Shown here: one piece after another, positions 40,986 to 51,523 of the stretch
How positions within the stretch are numbered: the stretch's first letter is position 1
Layout of the letters: the number at the start of each line of letters is the position of its first letter
DNA from: Gammaproteobacteria bacterium
Lineage (GTDB): Bacteria > Pseudomonadota > Gammaproteobacteria > CBDBNL01 > JAAOII01
Direction of reading: 5' to 3'
NCBI GenBank assembly: GCA_965209035.1
Contig: OZ242372.1
Location: forward strand, 608,001-672,000
Length of the DNA: 64,000 nt
Made by a program: the position numbers and the translations under genes
The notes under the pieces: model-generated
Told to the model about the DNA's origin: nothing
Database searches by the model: none
What the model saw: the letters and a program-made list of their open reading frames with translations, nothing else

Positions 40986-42050
40986 TTAGACATGTCGCAA
41001 ATGGCGGAGAATGGCCCGAATCAGGCGAGCGTCTATCCGGACTTCGCGACACAGGACCCACAGATCCGAAATGCCGAAATGCTCGCATTTCACCGCATCC
41101 TTTTCCGTAATGATAATCGGTGCGGGCTTGGACCCGACGGTCGCAAAGTTAAGGTCTTCCCGCCGAAACCGGTGATGATTGGGAAAACTGTGCGTTTCAC
41201 ACACAATATTCTTTTTCTTTAAGGTGTCAAAAAAATTCCACGGTTGGGCGATGCCGCAAACCGCCCGCACCTTCTTGCCCGCATACAGCTTTTTCCATTG
41301 GGCGATGGTTTTAACTTCCTTTGTGCCGGCTCGTCTGAGGTAAATCTTCTTAAGTGTCATTCGGTATGTCTTATCTTTGTTGGACGCCAACAAACGCAAT
41401 AACCTTGGATTGATGCCATTATCTCCCAAGTTCAAACAGTTTAGCAAGATATAATCCACTTTTTTCAGACGGGAAAGCGGTTCGCGCAGCGGACCGGCCG
41501 GCAGACAGTGCCCGTTACCAACACCCCCGACCGCATCCAGCACGGCAATTTCCAAACTGCGATGCATCGCATAGTGTTGCAAGCCGTCGTCACTGATCAC
41601 CAGATCCGGATTGCATTCCCTTGCCAGATTGGCTGCCGCCACCGCCCGCAGCGGATGCACATACACCGGGCAGTCGGTTCGCCGTGCCAGCAGCAACGGC
41701 TCGTCGCCGACTGCCACCGCCTTGCTGTTCCGATTGACAAGCATCCCGTTTTTCCGAGTCGCTCCTCCCTTATAGCCGCGGCTGATAATGCCCGTCTTCA
41801 GACCGCGTTTCACCAGAACTTCGGCTAAACCGATCACCGCGGGTGTCTTGCCGGCACCGCCGACCGTCAGCCCTCCCACAACAATAATCGGCGGGTTAAC
41901 TCGTCGGCTCGGCGGCCGCAACGCGTAGAACGCCCGCAGAGCTCCCATCGCGAGCCTGTATAAAAGTTCAAAAGGGAGTAAAAATAATGGAAAGATTCCG
42001 GAACCGGACCAGAGAGTCCGAAGAATACGAGGCATCAACAACAACAACAA
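40986..42050 (-). CDS. lpxK: Tetraacyldisaccharide 4'-kinase
   Basis: VGGAGKTP, SRGYKG, DDGLQH, PAGPLRE, TEKDAVK. Confidence 0.96.
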   Translation of the reverse strand: MLLLLMPRILRTLWSGSGIFPLFLLPFELLYRLAMGALRAFYALRPPSRRVNPPIIVVGGLTVGGAGKTPAVIGLAEVLVKRGLKTGIISRGYKGGATRKNGMLVNRNSKAVAVGDEPLLLARRTDCPVYVHPLRAVAAANLARECNPDLVISDDGLQHYAMHRSLEIAVLDAVGGVGNGHCLPAGPLREPLSRLKKVDYILLNCLNLGDNGINPRLLRLLASNKDKTYRMTLKKIYLRRAGTKEVKTIAQWKKLYAGKKVRAVCGIAQPWNFFDTLKKKNIVCETHSFPNHHRFRREDLNFATVGSKPAPIIITEKDAVKCEHFGISDLWVLCREVRIDARLIRAILRHLRHV

Positions 42051-42126
42051 TTAAAAACGCAAGACGGATCGGACAGACCCCGAATAGCCATAATAGCCAT
42101 AATAGCCATTCGGAAAATGTCGTTAT

Positions 42127-43859
42127 TTAGTCGCTGAACTGGCGGCGATACAAAGAAGCATAATGTCCTTTCTTGCTCAGCAATTCTTTGTGTGATCCTT
42201 CCTCCAGGACCCGCCCCTTGTCCAAAACAATGATCTTGTCCATTTTTCTGACCGTAGAAAGACGATGGGCGATCACCAAGACCGTTCTACCCCGCATACT
42301 CTCTTCCAGCGCAAGTTGAATCTTATGCTCCGTATCCGTGTCCAAAGAGGAAGTTGCCTCGTCCAAAATTAGGATCGGCGAGTTTCTAATCAAGGCACGT
42401 GCCAAAACAATCCGTTGTTTTTGGCCGCCGGAAAGAAGAACTCCTTTTTCACCTATCACCGCATTCAATTGGTTTGGCATTTTTTCGACAAACTCCCAGG
42501 CCTGCGCTCTTTCCAAAGCGATTTTTAGTTCTTTGTCTGTCGGGTTTCTTTGCAAGCCATAAGTCAAGTTGTAACGCAAGGTATCGTCAAACAAAAAAAT
42601 GTCCTGACTGACATAAGCGATACCGGCACGCCAAGCATACAACTCCAATTCCCGCAGATCCGTATCGCCGATGCAAATCGCCCCTTTTTCTGGCTGGTAA
42701 AAACGAAACAACAGGCTAACAATTGTGCTCTTACCGCTGCCGGATTTGCCGACCAACGCATTTTTGGCGCCGCCGATAATTTTTAAGTTAAATTCTCAAA
42801 AACAGGCAACCCCTTCTTGTAAGCAAAAGAAAGATTTTTGATATGAACATCCCGATGCTGCTCTTTCGGAGTGATTAAGCCCTTGCCCGCATTTGGTTCG
42901 TAACTTAACTTGAGGTACTCGATATAATCGCGCGCCGCCTCCTCGCCCGACACCATCTTGCCTTGAATACCGGACAGACTGCGGATATGCGGACCCAACA
43001 AAAAAATGGCGGTGATGTAACCCATGAATTCACCGAATGTCGAAAAACCGACGGATTGGACATTCATTGCAACCCAAATGATGGTCGCAAAGGCGATGGA
43101 AACAACAACGGACAACAAGGGCGATAATGTTGCGGAGACCACCACCATTTTAAGAGATTGCCTCTTGTTACGAGCAATCAGTTTTTTGTATTTTTTGAAT
43201 TCGTAATCTTCGGCTGCGGATGCCTTGATTAGAGACAAGGCGCCGAAGGCATCAATCATCCGGCGCGATAACAAGACGGCCAGTTTCCGCAAGCGACCGG
43301 CAAGAACCTTAATTCTCTTTTTAAAGAAGTACATCATCACCAACAAAACGGGGACAGTTGCAAAAATGATCAGCGTCAACAACCAATTAAAGTAAAACAG
43401 GTAGCCCAAAAGAAAAATAAAGGAGATACCATCCCGTAACAGCACCGTCAAACCGGAATTCAAGGCACCCACAATTAAACCGACATTGTAATTCAATTTG
43501 TTCAGGACTTCGCCGACGGATGTTTTGTCATAAAAATTGCGGGGAAGCCACATCAGATGTCGATACATACGCACCGAGAGTTTTGCGGACACATTCACGG
43601 AAACATAGGATGCCGTTAGTCCCCCCAAAATGAGCCCTATACCGCGCATCAAAGTAACCCCAACGATACCGAGCGGGATATACCATCGCCACAAAGAATC
43701 GGGTTGCGTATAAGCATCTTCCATTTTGTGCACCAATTCCGCCATACCCACATTGCCCAGGGAAGCAAGGGCAAAAAAGATGACGGCGAAAAAATACAAC
43801 GACAGGTCTTTTTTTACATAACGGCCCAGCCCGATCAGGCCACGATAGGACTTAAACAT
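42127..43859 (-). pseudogene. msbA: Lipid A flippase MsbA-like ABC transporter, split by a 1-nt frameshift near 42790
   Basis: TM half 43859-42783, NBD half with GKSGSGKS and LSGGQKQR in a different frame; between exbD and lpxK; may be a sequencing error. Confidence 0.8.
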
Positions 43860-43877
43860 CTTAGTTAAGATAACGGA

Positions 43878-44300
43878 TCAGAATTCGGTTGCTTCGCGCG
43901 TGGTAATTCGGATATTGAAAAAACCAAGTTGCCCGGCGACATCCATTAACAACACCACCTTGCCATGGACAACCCTGGCATCCGCGGTGACTTGCAGTTC
44001 CCGCAAGTCCGACGCATCGCGCGCCCGCCTCAATGCGAGCGTCAATGTGTCGCGCCGGTTATTCGCCAACTTCTTGTCGTTCACAATATAGTTGCCGCCG
44101 GCGTCCACAATCACAGTAATTAATTCCGCCTCGCTTGCCGGATAACGCGATTGCGCCTCCGGCAGAACAACGGACAACCGATTTTCTTTAATAAAGTTCG
44201 TCGTCAGAATAAAAAACACCAGCATCATAAACACCACATCTATGAGAGGTGTCAGATTAATTTGAATATTATTTTGTTCCGGCAGTCGCGGGAATTTCAC
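43878..44300 (-). CDS. exbD: Biopolymer transport protein ExbD/TolR
   Basis: INLTPLIDVVF, LPEA, AD..V.HG.VV..MD. Confidence 0.93.
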   Translation of the reverse strand: MKFPRLPEQNNIQINLTPLIDVVFMMLVFFILTTNFIKENRLSVVLPEAQSRYPASEAELITVIVDAGGNYIVNDKKLANNRRDTLTLALRRARDASDLRELQVTADARVVHGKVVLLMDVAGQLGFFNIRITTREATEF

Positions 44301-44317
44301 TTGTACTTGTTATTTCG

Positions 44318-44938
44318 TTATTTCGATCTTTTGTGCGGACGGAACATCATACTCAGTAACACGGAAGCCTGTCGCTCCATCTCCACACTGATGTCTTCCA
44401 GCCGTCTGATAAACATTCTGTGAAACACCACCGCCGGAATGGCGATGATCAAACCATAAGCAGTCGTTAGCAGTGCCTGCGAAATACCGCGCGCCATAAA
44501 GGACGGTGAGGCGGTTTCCTGAAACGAGAAAAAAACTTCTATCATTCCGAGAACCGTGCCGAGAAGACCCAACAAAGGAGAAACAACCGCCACTGTTCCA
44601 AGTGCGTTAAGAAATCGTTTCAGTTTGTTTACCTGTTGCGCCGCTTCTTCTTCCATACGCAAACTCATCTCATCGCGCCCGTATTTGGAATGATTCAACC
44701 CCGCCATCAAAATTCTGCCGAGTGGGTATCTTTGACTCATCTTATCCATTTGTTCCGAGGACAGTTGCTTACTTTCCACAAGATCCCACAGTCTGTAAAC
44801 CAGCTCCGGCGGCGCCACATTTCTTTTGCGCAGAACCCAGAGTCTCTCCAAAATAACGGCACAGCCGACCACGGAGAATAAAGTTAAAAAGTACATTACC
44901 GGACCGCCGGCAAGAAAAATTTCAAGCATAAGTGTCAA
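44318..44938 (-). CDS. exbB: MotA/TolQ/ExbB proton channel protein
   Basis: PLLGLLGTVLGMI, GISQALLTTAYGL. Confidence 0.92.
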   Translation of the reverse strand: MTLMLEIFLAGGPVMYFLTLFSVVGCAVILERLWVLRKRNVAPPELVYRLWDLVESKQLSSEQMDKMSQRYPLGRILMAGLNHSKYGRDEMSLRMEEEAAQQVNKLKRFLNALGTVAVVSPLLGLLGTVLGMIEVFFSFQETASPSFMARGISQALLTTAYGLIIAIPAVVFHRMFIRRLEDISVEMERQASVLLSMMFRPHKRSK

Positions 44939-44981
44939 ACATAATTTTCAAATGGCGATGAAACACATCGCTTTATATAAT

Positions 44982-47525
44982 TTAATGATCATAATTGAGA
45001 TGCCAATAGCGTTTATTGATCACTCGATAACCCCTATTATAAGTTATTTTTTCTCCGCCCAATTCAAAAGTTGCCGCCCCCGTTTGCCAAAGAATTAATG
45101 GCACAGAGCCAATGCTTGCGTATCGGCGCACAATGTCCGCATGCGGGTGACCGTAAGGATTAAGATATCCGGCGGCAAAGACCGCATACAGAGGACGCAC
45201 CGCCAGCACAAGCCTTTCGCCCGAGGCACCCGCACTGCCGTGGTGTGGCACCTGCAACAGATCCGCCGTTGCGTTTGCCACGGCTGCCAAAAATTGCTCT
45301 TCCGCTTTTTGCGTGAGATCTCCCGTCAACAGAAGGCGATGCTCCCCCGCCGTCACTCTGAGCACGCAAGAATTATCATTCCGGTTTTTGCTTCTTTTAC
45401 CCGGCACGGGATAGAGCAGCTCAAACAGCACCCCGTCCCATCTCCAGGATTGTCCGGCCTGACAGGGCAGGATCGGAAACCGGGAATTTGGCAGAGGGAA
45501 ATTCAGCATCAGTTCGGTCCGGCGGGTGCGCTCCAACAGATCCTCCAGGCCGCCGCTGTGATCCCGATCCCGATGGCTGACAATGATCCTGTCCGGGTCC
45601 GCCCCGCCCAGATAGCTGAGATAAGGGGCTATCACCAGACTGCCGGCCGAACTGCGCGCAGAAAAAGAAGCCCCGGTATCATAAATTAACCGATGATTGG
45701 CGGTGCGAAGATACGTCGCCAACCCCTGACCGACATCCAAAAAAGTCACTTCCAGTTTGCCGGGGGCGAGTGACTTGTCCGCGGGAAAGAACAACGGCAA
45801 AAAGAACAATATTGCCAAAAGCGCATCCGCGGCGGAACGGCGGCATAGCCAAAAGATGACCCCGACAACGGCACAAACTATGGCAAGAGCACTCGGCCGA
45901 GGGAGATGCACATAACTGCGGGGGAGACTCGCCGCCGCCGCCAAACCGTCATAACAAACATCAATGAGCCAAACAAGAGGGACCAGCGAAAGTTCGCCAA
46001 GAACCGGCAAAACAAATAACAAAAAGGTTGTAAGAAAAATCCACGGCATCAAGACAAAAGTTGTCAGAGGAATTGCTATGAGGTTAACAAAAATTCCTGC
46101 GATGGAAAACTCGTAAAAGAAAAACAAAATAAACGGCGCCAAACAAAATACCAAACTCACCTGTAAAAACAACAACGAGCGAAAAAAAGCGAGCGGGCCG
46201 GCAGCTGGGCCGGCGGACGCACCGCCAAGCCGCCGGCTTGCCAAGAGGATAAAACCGGCGGCCGCAAAAGACAACCAGAAACCGGCACCAAGTGCCGCCA
46301 AAGGATTAATCATCAACACCGCCGCCATCGCCAAGACATAAATATTCAACAGGCGATAAAAACGCCCGCAGAGCAGCAGCAACAAAAAAATACCCAGCAT
46401 GATCAACGCGCGCTGTGTCGGCAACGAGAAGCCGGCAATAACGGCATAGCACCCTATCAAAGGCAAGGTCATAAGTGCCGCCCATCCAAGCGGCGAACCG
46501 GCTGCGGAGAAAAGCGAGCCGCCGCTCAGTCGATGCAGTCTGCCAAACAAAAACATCAGGACGCCAAAAATGAAGCCACCCACCATGCTCAGATGCAAGC
46601 CGGATATGGCGATTAGATGCGAAATACCGTTGCGCCGCAACGCCAGCCTGTCCTCGGCGGATATTTCGCCACGGTCGCCGATCATCAGGGCATTCAGCAA
46701 CCCGAGCGCATGCGACGAAGCACTCTGTTGCGAAAACTTGCGTTTGATTTTCCAACGTAATTGGGCAATCGGATACCGATGGCTTTCCCCGAGGAGCCGG
46801 GGAGCCGGTTTCGGGCGAACATAGCCCTGTCCTTTAATACCGGATTGCAGCATATAACTCTCGTAATCAAAACCACCCGGGTTGCGAAACGAGTGGGGCC
46901 GGCGGATACGCATCGTTAGCCGCCATTTCTGTCCGGGAGCAATTTCCGTTCCTTCCGGCGGATCATACCAACTGAGTTGCACCCTGCGAAACGGCAAGGG
47001 CCTTGTGCCGGCTGCGGACAACAGGTTGCCGGCCGGATCCCGTAGCTCCCGGATGACGAACACGAACCGAATGCGTCTTGCGCCCGGTGTCGGCAGGTCC
47101 GCAACATAACCGACGGCCTCCAGATCTTTCTTCTGCCAGTCCGCCGGCAGAACTGTGTGTGTCCGCCACAGACCCCAGCCGCAGGACCAAACGCCGCCGC
47201 AGATCAGTGCCAGGCATACCAGCCGGATCATATGAAGACGCGGCGGACAAGACGGCAGAGGAGAAAAGGCCGCCAGGAACGCGACTAGTAAAATAACCGC
47301 GATGGTCCCGGGAGCGGGCAGTTCCGGGATCAGGCTTGCCGCAATGATCCCCATATTGAAAAAAAGCAACAACAACGCAAAAGGCACTTGCCTTAATTGC
47401 CGCGCTTGGCAGTTGTTTACCGGTCTAAAAGCGCGCATACCGCTTCCCCTTGCCACCTTGCCGTCCGCTGCTTTTGATGCCTTTGAAGTATTTGAAGTAT
47501 TTGAAGCCTCCGCAGGTTTCGTCAA
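44982..47525 (-). CDS. comEC: DNA uptake competence protein ComEC/Rec2
   Basis: NPGGFDY, HLIAISGLH, DVGQG, SHRDRDHSGG, PHHGS, YGHPH. Confidence 0.95.
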   Translation of the reverse strand: MTKPAEASNTSNTSKASKAADGKVARGSGMRAFRPVNNCQARQLRQVPFALLLLFFNMGIIAASLIPELPAPGTIAVILLVAFLAAFSPLPSCPPRLHMIRLVCLALICGGVWSCGWGLWRTHTVLPADWQKKDLEAVGYVADLPTPGARRIRFVFVIRELRDPAGNLLSAAGTRPLPFRRVQLSWYDPPEGTEIAPGQKWRLTMRIRRPHSFRNPGGFDYESYMLQSGIKGQGYVRPKPAPRLLGESHRYPIAQLRWKIKRKFSQQSASSHALGLLNALMIGDRGEISAEDRLALRRNGISHLIAISGLHLSMVGGFIFGVLMFLFGRLHRLSGGSLFSAAGSPLGWAALMTLPLIGCYAVIAGFSLPTQRALIMLGIFLLLLLCGRFYRLLNIYVLAMAAVLMINPLAALGAGFWLSFAAAGFILLASRRLGGASAGPAAGPLAFFRSLLFLQVSLVFCLAPFILFFFYEFSIAGIFVNLIAIPLTTFVLMPWIFLTTFLLFVLPVLGELSLVPLVWLIDVCYDGLAAAASLPRSYVHLPRPSALAIVCAVVGVIFWLCRRSAADALLAILFFLPLFFPADKSLAPGKLEVTFLDVGQGLATYLRTANHRLIYDTGASFSARSSAGSLVIAPYLSYLGGADPDRIIVSHRDRDHSGGLEDLLERTRRTELMLNFPLPNSRFPILPCQAGQSWRWDGVLFELLYPVPGKRSKNRNDNSCVLRVTAGEHRLLLTGDLTQKAEEQFLAAVANATADLLQVPHHGSAGASGERLVLAVRPLYAVFAAGYLNPYGHPHADIVRRYASIGSVPLILWQTGAATFELGGEKITYNRGYRVINKRYWHLNYDH

Positions 47526-47577
47526 TTTCGTTATCTTGTTACTGTGCCATATTGCCGGGCGGGGCTACCGCGCGACA

Positions 47578-48357
47578 TCACCGGGTTGCAACCTTTGGTC
47601 GCGGGCCGAACAGAGCACTGCCAATCCGCAGCATGGTCGCCCTGTGCCGAATGGCAATTTCCAAATCCGCACTCATCCCCATTGAAAGAGTGTCCCAATC
47701 CGCGGGCATCTTCTCGCCGATGGTCTCAAACAGACGGCGCATACGTTCGTAGTCTTTGCCGAGCAACTCCGTATTTTCAGTCTGCCGGGGGATCGTCATC
47801 AGCCCGCGCAAGCGCAACCATTCCATTTCGCTGATTTGGTCGCACAAAGACATGGCATCTTCGGCGGCACAACCTCCTTTTGTTTCCTCGCCGCTGATGT
47901 TCACCTGCACGCAAACATTGAGTTTGCCTTTTTCCGGCGGGCGTTGACGGTTGAGACGCCGGGCAATCTTCAAAGAGGTCACAGTTTGTGCCCAATCAAA
48001 GTGTTCGGCAATTGGTTTGGTCTTGTTGGACTGGATGCGTCCTATGTAGTGCCGACATATATCGCCAGCCGTTGTTTCCGTATTCTCCGGCTTTTCCATC
48101 TTGCTTATCTTGCTTAATGCCTCTTGCAGATAATTCTCGCCAAAATCCCGTTGCCCGAGAATACGCACGGCGGCAACCGCCTCGGCCGATTGTCCTTTGG
48201 AAACGGCAACCAACCGGATTTCCTTTTGTGTTGCGGCTGAAATACGCCGGCGCAGTTGCTCCATCCGTTCTTTAATAACCGTTACGGCGGCCGAAGAATT
48301 CGCGGAAGAATTTGCCGGAAAATTTAAAGACATTTTAGAAACACCGCTCCCCCGCAA
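47578..48357 (-). CDS. yggS: PLP homeostasis protein (start probably ~48333 or later)
   Basis: LVAVSK, FGENYLQE, IQSNK, LRGLMTIP, LSMGMSAD. Confidence 0.95.
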   Translation of the reverse strand: MRGSGVSKMSLNFPANSSANSSAAVTVIKERMEQLRRRISAATQKEIRLVAVSKGQSAEAVAAVRILGQRDFGENYLQEALSKISKMEKPENTETTAGDICRHYIGRIQSNKTKPIAEHFDWAQTVTSLKIARRLNRQRPPEKGKLNVCVQVNISGEETKGGCAAEDAMSLCDQISEMEWLRLRGLMTIPRQTENTELLGKDYERMRRLFETIGEKMPADWDTLSMGMSADLEIAIRHRATMLRIGSALFGPRPKVATR

Positions 48358-48589
48358 TGCTTTTTCTCATCCACCCGGTCATTGGTTTGATTTTTGTTAT
48401 TGTTATTATTAATGTCATCTTGCTCATATTTCGCGCTCTTTTTTGTCTATCTGTTTTTTGTTTTTTGTTTTTAATGCTTTCCTTTATTTTATAAGACGCA
48501 GCCGCATAACCGCGCAACCGCAGAAGAAACTCAAGAACATCGGCATGATCTCGCGGGCTATCTGTGATAATCTATATCTGTGCGCGGAA

Positions 48590-49300
48590 ATGAAAAAACG
48601 AATGTCTGACAAAGAAATTAAAAAGTTCAATGCTCTGGCTGCGGATTGGTGGCAACCAACCGGCAGTATGGAACCGTTACACAGAATTAACCCTTTGCGC
48701 TGCCTGTTTTTAGATACCTATGTGTCCGTGGCCGGCAAGCGTGTTCTCGACATTGGCTGCGGCGGCGGGCTGTTTGCCGAAAGTATGGCGGAAAGAGGGG
48801 CAAGAGTCACCGCCATAGATCCGGCGCCGGACCTCATAGAAGCAGCCCGTCGGCATAGTACCCAGTCGGTGCCTTCCGCCAATATTTCTTATCGGGTTGC
48901 CGAAGTGCAGGACCTAATCGCCGAAGGCGATGGGCCCTACGATATGGTCAGTTGTCTGGAGGTGTTGGAGCATACGGAGGAACCGGAAGAATTAATGAAG
49001 AGATCTGTTCAACTAATCAAGCCGGGCGGTTGGGGCTACTTCTCCACGATTAATCGCACCCCGCTTGCCTTTGCCAAGATGATTGTGGCGGCGGAATATG
49101 CGCTCGGCTGGCTGCCGCGCGGAACGCACAGCTATCGGCAGTTCATTCGCCCGTCCGAAATGGCAAGTTGTCTGCTATCTCATAAAATGGAATTAATCGA
49201 TATGAAAGGAATTACCTATGATGTTTTGCGGCGCAAGTTCGTGCTGTCTTCCAAGACAGACACGAATTATCTTCTTTTAACTCGCAAATCAGCCTCCTAA
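48590..49300 (+). CDS. ubiG: Ubiquinone biosynthesis O-methyltransferase
   Basis: EIKKF..A..WW, LHRINPLR, LDIGCGGG, LPRGTH; start reassigned to ATG 48590. Confidence 0.95.
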   Translation: MKKRMSDKEIKKFNALAADWWQPTGSMEPLHRINPLRCLFLDTYVSVAGKRVLDIGCGGGLFAESMAERGARVTAIDPAPDLIEAARRHSTQSVPSANISYRVAEVQDLIAEGDGPYDMVSCLEVLEHTEEPEELMKRSVQLIKPGGWGYFSTINRTPLAFAKMIVAAEYALGWLPRGTHSYRQFIRPSEMASCLLSHKMELIDMKGITYDVLRRKFVLSSKTDTNYLLLTRKSAS

Positions 49301-49314
49301 CCAAACAGGTCCCG

Positions 49315-49803
49315 GTGCGTCGTCTGTCTGTCTTTTTGTTTTGTGCCTTTGCCATCCTGGTAGCGGATCAATGGAGCAAACAGGCGGTGACCGTGGCACT
49401 CAACCAAGGAGAGCGTATCGCCGTTTTTTCTTGGCTGGACATTACACTGGCGTATAATCGCGGGGCCGCCTTCGGTTTTCTGGCAAACACCCCCTGGGCC
49501 AACCATATTTTTACCCTGGTGGCATCCGCAGCCTCCATCCTGATTCTTTATTATTTGTTTAGAAACCGAAACGCGGCTATTTTTCTGCAACAAAGTGCCT
49601 TGTCTCTCATCCTCGCCGGAGCACTCGGCAATCTTGCTGACAGGTTCAAACATGGCTATGTGACCGACTTTGTCTCCCTGCATTACGGCAATTGGTATTA
49701 TCCGAGTTTTAATGTTGCCGATGCCGCCATTAGTATCGGCGCCTGCTTTCTGCTGGCGGATGTTTTTTGGGAAACGTTCCGGTCGGTGCGAAAGAATCGT
49801 TAA
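49315..49803 (+). CDS. lspA: Lipoprotein signal peptidase II
   Basis: [26 protein letters not shown]. Confidence 0.96.
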   Translation: MRRLSVFLFCAFAILVADQWSKQAVTVALNQGERIAVFSWLDITLAYNRGAAFGFLANTPWANHIFTLVASAASILILYYLFRNRNAAIFLQQSALSLILAGALGNLADRFKHGYVTDFVSLHYGNWYYPSFNVADAAISIGACFLLADVFWETFRSVRKNR

Positions 49804-49832
49804 TTCTTATTAACTCTTTAAGGCATCAACAA

Positions 49833-50903
49833 ATGGAGATCATTCTGGCAAATCCGCGCGGGTTTTGCGCGGGCGTGGATCGGGCAATTTTATTAGTGGA
49901 AAGGGCTCTGATATTGTTTGGCAAGCCCGTTTATGTCCGGCATGAAATTGTGCATAACAAGTATGTTGTTGCGGAGTTGGAAAAGCGCGGTGTCATCTTC
50001 GCGGAAGATATCCGCGAGATCCCGCCGAAAAGCACGGTGATTTTCAGCGCGCACGGCAGTTCCAAAAAAATTCGCCGGGAGGCGGAAGAACGCAGCCTCC
50101 GTATTTTTGATGCCATCTGTCCGTTGGTGACCAAAGTGCATATGGAAGTCCAAAGATTTGAACTGGAAGGCTACGAATGCATCTTAATCGGACATGCCGG
50201 ACATCCCGAAGTAGAGGGGACACTGGGGCAGTTCGGGCAGCTGCGGCAGTCCGGTGAAAAGCGAACCTCAGAACAAGCCCCCAAACAAACAGAAGCACTA
50301 ACCGAGGCATCACCGGCCAAAGGCATCTATCTGGTGGGCGACTGTTGCCAAGCCGAAACAGTGCAAGTCCGCAACCCGGCAAAACTTGCTTATGTCACTC
50401 AGACCACTCTGTCCGTGGACGATACAAAAGAAATCATCGGTGTCCTCAAACGCCGCTTCCCGCAGATCAAAGAGCCGGCAAAAGACGACATCTGCTACGC
50501 AACACAAAACAGACAGGACGCGGTCAAGTCGCTGGCCGCCAAATGCGATTTAATTCTGGTCATCGGCTCGGAGAACAGTTCCAATTCCAACAGGCTCTGT
50601 GAAATTGCCAAGAGTTACGGCAGTGTTTCTTACCTGATCAATGATGTCTCTCATATTAAAAAGAAATGGCTGGATGATGTTCGGGTTGTCGGCATTACCG
50701 CCGGGGCATCCGCACCGGAGAAACTGGTGCAAAACACTTTAGATTTTTTTCGTGCAAACTATCCGCGCTGCGTGATTCGCAATGCGCCCGGCAAGCCGGA
50801 AAATGTCATCTTTAACTTGCCCGCGGAAATTCGCGCGCTGCCGATTAAGAATATTCCCGTTTGGGAATCCTTGTCCGAGTTCGGCGCGAACGGGGCAAAA
50901 TAG
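49833..50903 (+). CDS. ispH: HMBPP reductase
   Basis: [36 protein letters not shown]; start ATG 49833. Confidence 0.97.
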   Translation: MEIILANPRGFCAGVDRAILLVERALILFGKPVYVRHEIVHNKYVVAELEKRGVIFAEDIREIPPKSTVIFSAHGSSKKIRREAEERSLRIFDAICPLVTKVHMEVQRFELEGYECILIGHAGHPEVEGTLGQFGQLRQSGEKRTSEQAPKQTEALTEASPAKGIYLVGDCCQAETVQVRNPAKLAYVTQTTLSVDDTKEIIGVLKRRFPQIKEPAKDDICYATQNRQDAVKSLAAKCDLILVIGSENSSNSNRLCEIAKSYGSVSYLINDVSHIKKKWLDDVRVVGITAGASAPEKLVQNTLDFFRANYPRCVIRNAPGKPENVIFNLPAEIRALPIKNIPVWESLSEFGANGAK

Positions 50904-50991
50904 CGCGCACCTCGTTTGCCGATGACGCGTTTTTTATTTTTACTTTTATTTTTACTTTTTTTACTTTTAATGCTTAGTTAATGAATAGATC

Positions 50992-51504
50992 ATGCAAAAA
51001 AATATTTTTCTAACACTTACGATCCTACTCTGCTGGGGCAGTGTTGCGATCGCCTACTTTTACTTTCAGTTGTTCGTCGGTCTGCCCCCCTGCCCTTTGT
51101 GTATCCTGGACAGGATGGTCTTGATCTTCATCGGCGTCTGTGTCGCCGGGATGCTGTTTCTGCCGGGCCTCGCCAAACGCATCGCCTATGCTCTCGCACT
51201 GCTCGGCCTGGTTGCCGGTCTTGCCGTCGGCATCCGACATGTTTTGTTGGAACGCTTGCCACACGACAGCGGCAGTTCGGGCGGCTGTATTCCACAAAAA
51301 CAGGCGCAGGGTCTGTTGGAATTTTTGACTTCCGCGTTTATTGGCACGGGAGACTGCGGGGTGGTTTATTGGACTCTGTGGGGGTTCAGCCTGGCGGACT
51401 TCACCCTCGTCCTGTATGCGGTTATTGCCTTTTTTTTATTGTTTTTGTTTCCGGCCCGTCCCGGTCGGTCCTCAAAAGGGGGGGGAATAGAGAGGGAGAA
51501 ATAA
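50992..51504 (+). CDS. dsbB: Disulfide bond formation protein B
   Basis: PCPLCILDR, second Cys pair (GC...GDC), four hydrophobic segments. Confidence 0.9.
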   Translation: MQKNIFLTLTILLCWGSVAIAYFYFQLFVGLPPCPLCILDRMVLIFIGVCVAGMLFLPGLAKRIAYALALLGLVAGLAVGIRHVLLERLPHDSGSSGGCIPQKQAQGLLEFLTSAFIGTGDCGVVYWTLWGFSLADFTLVLYAVIAFFLLFLFPARPGRSSKGGGIEREK

Positions 51505-51523
51505 GGATACTAAAAATTCGGAA

